NCBI GenBank assembly: GCA_012295275.1
Contig: CM022676.1
Location: 6,138,001-6,202,000, forward strand
From: Chrysomallon squamiferum
Taxonomy: Eukaryota > Animalia > Mollusca
Length of the DNA: 64,000 bases
Reading direction: 5' to 3'
A program made the position numbers and the translations under genes. Under the pieces are notes generated by a model, which ran no database searches, was not told the origin of the DNA, and saw only the letters and a program-made list of their open reading frames with translations. How positions within the stretch are numbered: position 1 is the stretch's first letter; each line of letters begins with the position of its first letter. Shown one piece after another: positions 59,042-64,000 of this stretch.

Positions 59042-62000
59042 AATCCTTCGATCCCTGATGTATATAATGATGATCTAGGCTTCAAAGTGCCCAGAAAAAA
59101 AAAAAATAATAAAATAAAAAGTAAAAAAATTAATTTGTTCAGTTTTTAAATCTGTGGTTGGTTAAAATAAAATACAAAGGAATAGCCTGGCCTGTTTAGT
59201 GGTCAACTGGAATAGTGGTCCAGCATGCTTGACCACTAACGAGGCCAGGGCAGTTCTAAGGATTAAACAAAAAGAAGTAAAAAAAAAAAATAAATAAAAA
59301 AAAAAATAAATAAATAAATAAATAGAAGAAAAAAAAAAAAAAAAAAAAAAAAATTAAATTAAAAAGATATCTTTTCTTTGAAGAAAAAATAAAACAAAAA
59401 CCCACCAAAATAATATAAATTTTAAAAAAATGACACAAACAAAATTTCGTAAAATAAAAAATTAAAAAATAACTAACTATACCACCCGAGACATTTTTTT
59501 GTCCTCAGTGATCTGTAACTTCAACAACACCAAAACACACACACACATATATAATAAAAAAAATAAAAAAACAACAGACATGACAAAACAGAAAGCCTAA
59601 GAACAAGACATTTACTGCACTATCTACCATCATACCCCATCTCATACTGTCTGCAACAAGCTTCTCGGAAATCAGTCACAGGAGAGAGTTCAGCGTGGAT
59701 TGGTCGGCCATTAAACCACCGATTGTTCAAATCTGCGACAGCTTTTTCAGCATCCTCTTCGTAACGATACTGAAATATAAATTATTTATGATTAACTTAT
59801 ATTAAAAGATTTATAATTATTTAATTTTTAATAAAAAAATTTTAATAAATACCTGTAATATTTCTAATAACGGTTAATGGATATCTAACATTTTAACTTC
59901 TACAATGATAGAAACTGATTACTATGATAATAAATTATTTTTACTGATTAGGAGCAATATATATTTTTTTATACGCCTTCTCATATACAGGACAATGTGA
60001 AAAAGATCAGTGTGTACACAACTGAGAACAGATCCTGAAACCATCCATGTGAGGCAAGAACTCTAACCAATGACCTAAAGTCTATTCTTTTCTCCATGTT
60101 AAAATATTATACATAAAGCCCATTCTTTTTGCTATGTTAAAACATTTATACATTACACTTTAATCCAACAGCATTTTTATCAACTGTATAATGTCCTCAA
60201 ACACTATTCATAACACTTCTGTCATCAAGGGCAATTATTATGAATAATTGAAAAATAGAATTTATAATCATCAAAAAAAAAAAAAAAAAGTAATAAATTA
60301 AAATAATTCACTGGACTGCTGAATACTGATAGACAGTAGTGCATGAGAAATAATGGAACGAAAAATGGAACTGTCATAACAAGAAAAAAAATAAATAAAT
60401 AAAAAAATATATATATATATATAATAATTTAAAAAAATTAAAAGGAAGGTATTTGCAGTTAACACATTGAACCAAGACAAACAATAATCCACTGCAACAA
60501 TGCAACCCAAAGTACAGATACATGATGTAATTTTCTCAAAAGATCAGTTTATAAAATTAATTTTTTATTTTAAAAAGTCACTGTACCTTGACGTAGACGT
60601 TGCCAACAAGATGGTCACCAAGGTTGTCACAAACATTCATCTCTTCAATTTCACCATACTGAAAAAAATAAAAATAATATAATAATAAAAAAAAAAATAT
60701 ATATATATATAAAAATAGAATATACATCATATTCATTATCACAATATCAATATATATTTCTTAAATGTTTTTTTTAAAAACACAGCTAGAACTCTTTATA
60801 AAACAGAATGAAATTTCTCTCCATTTCAAAAAATTACTCTTCATTTTGTTTTTCAAGGAAAAATATCTAAATCCTTTCATGAAATGACTGAAGCAAATTA
60901 TTTAATATTAAATCCTTACCTTCTTTGATTCCATTAAATTAAAAAAAAAATTTACATATATATTTAAATCCACTCATAAAATTATAAAATAAACTTATAA
61001 ACTGGATTTAATCTGGTCTATTTTTTAAAACTGTTATAACAGTTTTAATAAATAACTGAGATGTATTTATGGTACATTTTATCCTATATAATTAATATTA
61101 AATGGGCTGATAATACTTTAATTTATAATTACACAGTCATCTTACAAGATAACATACTTCATAGCTTAATTAGACGGTAATATTTTACTTCATGATTTGA
61201 TCATAAAGCCATATTTTACATATTTGCTCAATTTCAAGGTAATATTTTAAACTATATCTTTATTATAAAGTAATATTTGCTTCAGTGCTTCATTATAAGA
61301 ATATTTTACATCATGGAATGATTGTAAGGTCTCTGCTTCATTGTAATGTAACAATTCTATGAATAACAAATAACAAATCTGCATCTTGCGCTGATTAACT
61401 CAAAAATATAAAAAAATAAAAAGTCCTGAAAGCACAATAAACTTCTTAATAACAGACTTATATCATCAGCTGTTATCACACACATATAATTTATCAGACC
61501 TGTAACTAAAAGAAATCTTCTGTGTTTTATTAATAACCTTTACGTTCAAAGGATACGCCAGTTATACCATTCAAAAACACAATATACCTGTTAAAAAGTT
61601 TCTGCTGAAATTTAATTTGCTGTTATTAAGTAAAAATCTATGGTTTTACGAATCATTTTCTAGGAGAACAAAACATTTATTGTTTTATATACTGTTTGCA
61701 GTACCCAGATGATATTCAAAACCTAATTTTTAACTATCGTAAGTTTTAAACATCTGACACATTAACTGATAACTATTATTCAAAAATTACTAAGGAAATC
61801 TGGTTATTTAAAATAAAAATTAATATAATAATAATAATAATGTACGATATTTTATTTTTTTAACCAAACCAATAAAAAAAACCCATTCTAATTTATAATT
61901 ACATTTGTGAAATCAAAAATCTGTGTAAAACATTTAAAAAAACAAATTAAATTTTAAAAAATCTTTGGATTCTTAAATATATGTCCAAAACAATTTTAGT

Positions 62001-62634
62001 AGATAAATATTCAAATTACTTATTAACATTATTTTTTTTTTGTCAGGCAACAAATATGAATAAAACAGAACAGAAAACGTTACAGATCATATATACTGTA
62101 CATATTTTTAGTTACAAATGAAACGCTAGATGTATTATGAACTTTGCCATTCTTAAATTATAACAACCATGACACAAAAATCTACATTTCCAGAACCAAC
62201 CAGTTCTCACTGAAAAATAAAACTGTGTAAACACATCCTCCTTATGAACCAATTACCAGAACTGAGATAGAAACAGAAAAACCCAAACAAAGATTAAAAA
62301 ACAAACAAAACGTACGTCAGATGAACATCAAGCTGCACATTCTTTTTTTTTTTTCTTTATCTGAAGATATACATGTGCTCATTTTTCTTTTTTATATATA
62401 TATATATATATACACACAGTACAAATTATTTTTACAACAACGGTGCAGTCCAGAGCATATTAGGAGGTCAGTTTATAGGACTGAAATAAAGATGATGTAA
62501 CCAGATACCTTTTCCATTTCAACATAAACCTCTTCAAAGAATTCATCGTAGTGCTGTTGTATTTCAAACTCATCCATTTGGACTACAATGAAGCAGGAAA
62601 CAGTGTTTATTCACATTTGACCAAGTTGCACAAA

Positions 62635-62670
<36 letters not shown>

Positions 62671-63612
62671 TTTTTTTTTTCAAAATAAAAATTTTCATTA
62701 AGTGCACGCCTTGCAAAATGTCAGCATGTTTATCGACAGATGTATTCTTCAAGTTTTTAGAGAACATATCAGTAAAAATGTAAAAAAATTTTACCTGAAA
62801 AGGTAAAATTGTAAAATTGAATTTATATCACATTTTTTTTTGGTTTAATGTACTTTGCTGGATGTACAATTTAAAATTTGTAATCTGAGATATGAACATG
62901 ATCCAAATTTCGAAAAATTAATGAAAAGCGGTATAAAGAGAATTTATTGTTATTTTTAAGATTATTTCTTTCCGTTCAAAACTTGAAAAACACAGCCATG
63001 TTGAAACGACATGCTACATTTGCCTTGTTCTTCTGCCTACTCTGAAAAGTAAGGAAGAAAAAAAAAACACAACACCATAATCAGAAAGAAGCACTTGCAC
63101 GAAGCCCAGGTTAAATCATTCCTTTGTGAAGAGTTTTGCTTTATCACACAGCCATCTCTGATTCGACAAAATGGTTAAAGAATACATTCTTATCTTTAAA
63201 AAAATAAATAAAGCATCCTTTTATTTTTATACTTATAAAACTCCATTTTAAAAATGGATAGAAAAAAAAACAGAAATATATAATTTCTATCCAAAAAAAG
63301 ATAATAATTAAATATACCGTTAGAACAAAAAATTTTTTACGACCACTTTACATTCAAATTCAAAAAAAAACTAAACACCATCATCTTCGACACCCACAAC
63401 AGTCAAAAATAATTTAACCCTGACTAACGCAAGTGCTTATTTCCGTAGTTTACATGGACCAGTTTGACATACCATGGCCGACTGACTACAGAGTACTGGC
63501 CCTGGGTGTATAAATTCAGGATCTAGGTGCATTACCTTGTCCTCGAGTTCCGTAAATACCTCCTCAAAAAAATCGTCGTACTCTTGTTGTGCCTCCACCT
63601 CATCGACAACAA
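57997..63612 (-). CDS. U2AF1: U2 snRNP auxiliary factor small subunit (U2AF35), 5'-partial; join(63612..63536 OR 62582..62509, 60658..60587, 59769..59636, 58898..58803, 58129..57997)
   Basis: The spliced translation has the UHM ([32 protein letters not shown]), the second CCCH zinc finger ([21 protein letters not shown]) and an RS domain; all junctions are GT-AG with matching phases. Confidence 0.97.
58803..58898 (-). CDS. U2AF1: U2AF1 exon (96 nt; [31 protein letters not shown])
   Basis: Acceptor TTTTCAG| and donor CG|GTACAG; end of zinc finger 2. Confidence 0.96.
59636..59769 (-). CDS. U2AF1: U2AF1 exon (134 nt; [45 protein letters not shown])
   Basis: Acceptor ATTTCAG| and donor GG|GTATGA; RWF UHM signature and start of zinc finger 2. 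Confidence 0.97.
60030..60082 (-). mobile_element. tRNA-derived SINE head remnant
   Basis: Reverse complement gactttaggtcattggttagag...ggtttcaggatct aligns to 21925..21971. Confidence 0.45.
60587..60658 (-). CDS. U2AF1: U2AF1 exon (72 nt; [24 protein letters not shown])
   Basis: Acceptor TTTTTTTCAG| and donor AAG|GTACAG; near-invariant U2AF35 peptide. Confidence 0.97.
62509..62582 (-). CDS. U2AF1: U2AF1 helix-A exon, variant B (74 nt; [25 protein letters not shown])
   Basis: Acceptor TTTCCTGCTTCATTGTAG| and donor AAG|GTATCT; open frame, same entry and exit phase as variant A, retains [10 protein letters not shown]. Confidence 0.88.
63536..63612 (-). CDS. U2AF1: U2AF1 helix-A exon, variant A (77 nt; [26 protein letters not shown])
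   Basis: Acceptor ATCTTTTATTTCAG| and donor AAG|GTAATG; homologous to the human segment [25 protein letters not shown]. Confidence 0.92.
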
Positions 63613-64000
63613 CTGAAATAAAAGATCTTCACTAAAACCTCAAGTTCCAAGCAACAGATCACAGAACTTAAGAGAGTTAACAAACAATTTTTTTTTGTTT
63701 TCCTTACACACCTCAGTATATACCTACCTTTTAACAGCAGGAAAGTAATAATCTAATTTTTTTTTTTTTTTTTTTTTTTTTTCTTTTACAGGTTCTTTTC
63801 AGATTTTTTGTTCAGTTAAAGAGAAATCATGGCTAATATCCCTAATATAATAACAAAACAGTTTAAATGGGAGCTATTTAAAGTTAAAATACTTTTTTTT
63901 TTTTTTTTTTTTTTTTTGGTTGTACCGATTCACTGATAGGTTAATATATATCTTTGAAATTTCCAAATGACTGGTTTCTTTCTTAATATACTCCAACCTC

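Overview
AT-rich, microsatellite-dense animal genomic DNA (invertebrate; a mollusc is plausible but is only an inference). Two convergent intron-containing genes can be built from the sequence. (1) On +, a mitochondrial persulfide dioxygenase ETHE1 (CDS 19197..51109) has six clean GT-AG exons and a 19.2-kb second intron. Its fifth exon is present only as fragments interleaved with a ~1.4-kb ACACTTCTTTAT satellite, which is either an assembly error or a real disruption. (2) On -, the 3' part of the splicing factor U2AF1/U2AF35 (57997..63612); its 5' exons lie beyond the window. The most interesting system is in U2AF1. It has two tandem, same-phase, homologous exons (77 and 74 nt) encoding alternative versions of UHM helix A, so only one can be used in frame. 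This is a different exon from the vertebrate 3/Ab pair, suggesting an independent origin. The intron between them can form a ~38-bp RNA duplex whose G-U pairs all favour the transcribed strand, the downstream copy has a 125-nt AG-free zone, and a candidate poison exon precedes the RS-domain exon. The rest of the window is tandem repeats, SINE and transposon relics, a local ~1.3-1.75-kb duplication and several promoter-like motif clusters. Nearly all ORFs in the supplied track are microsatellite artefacts.
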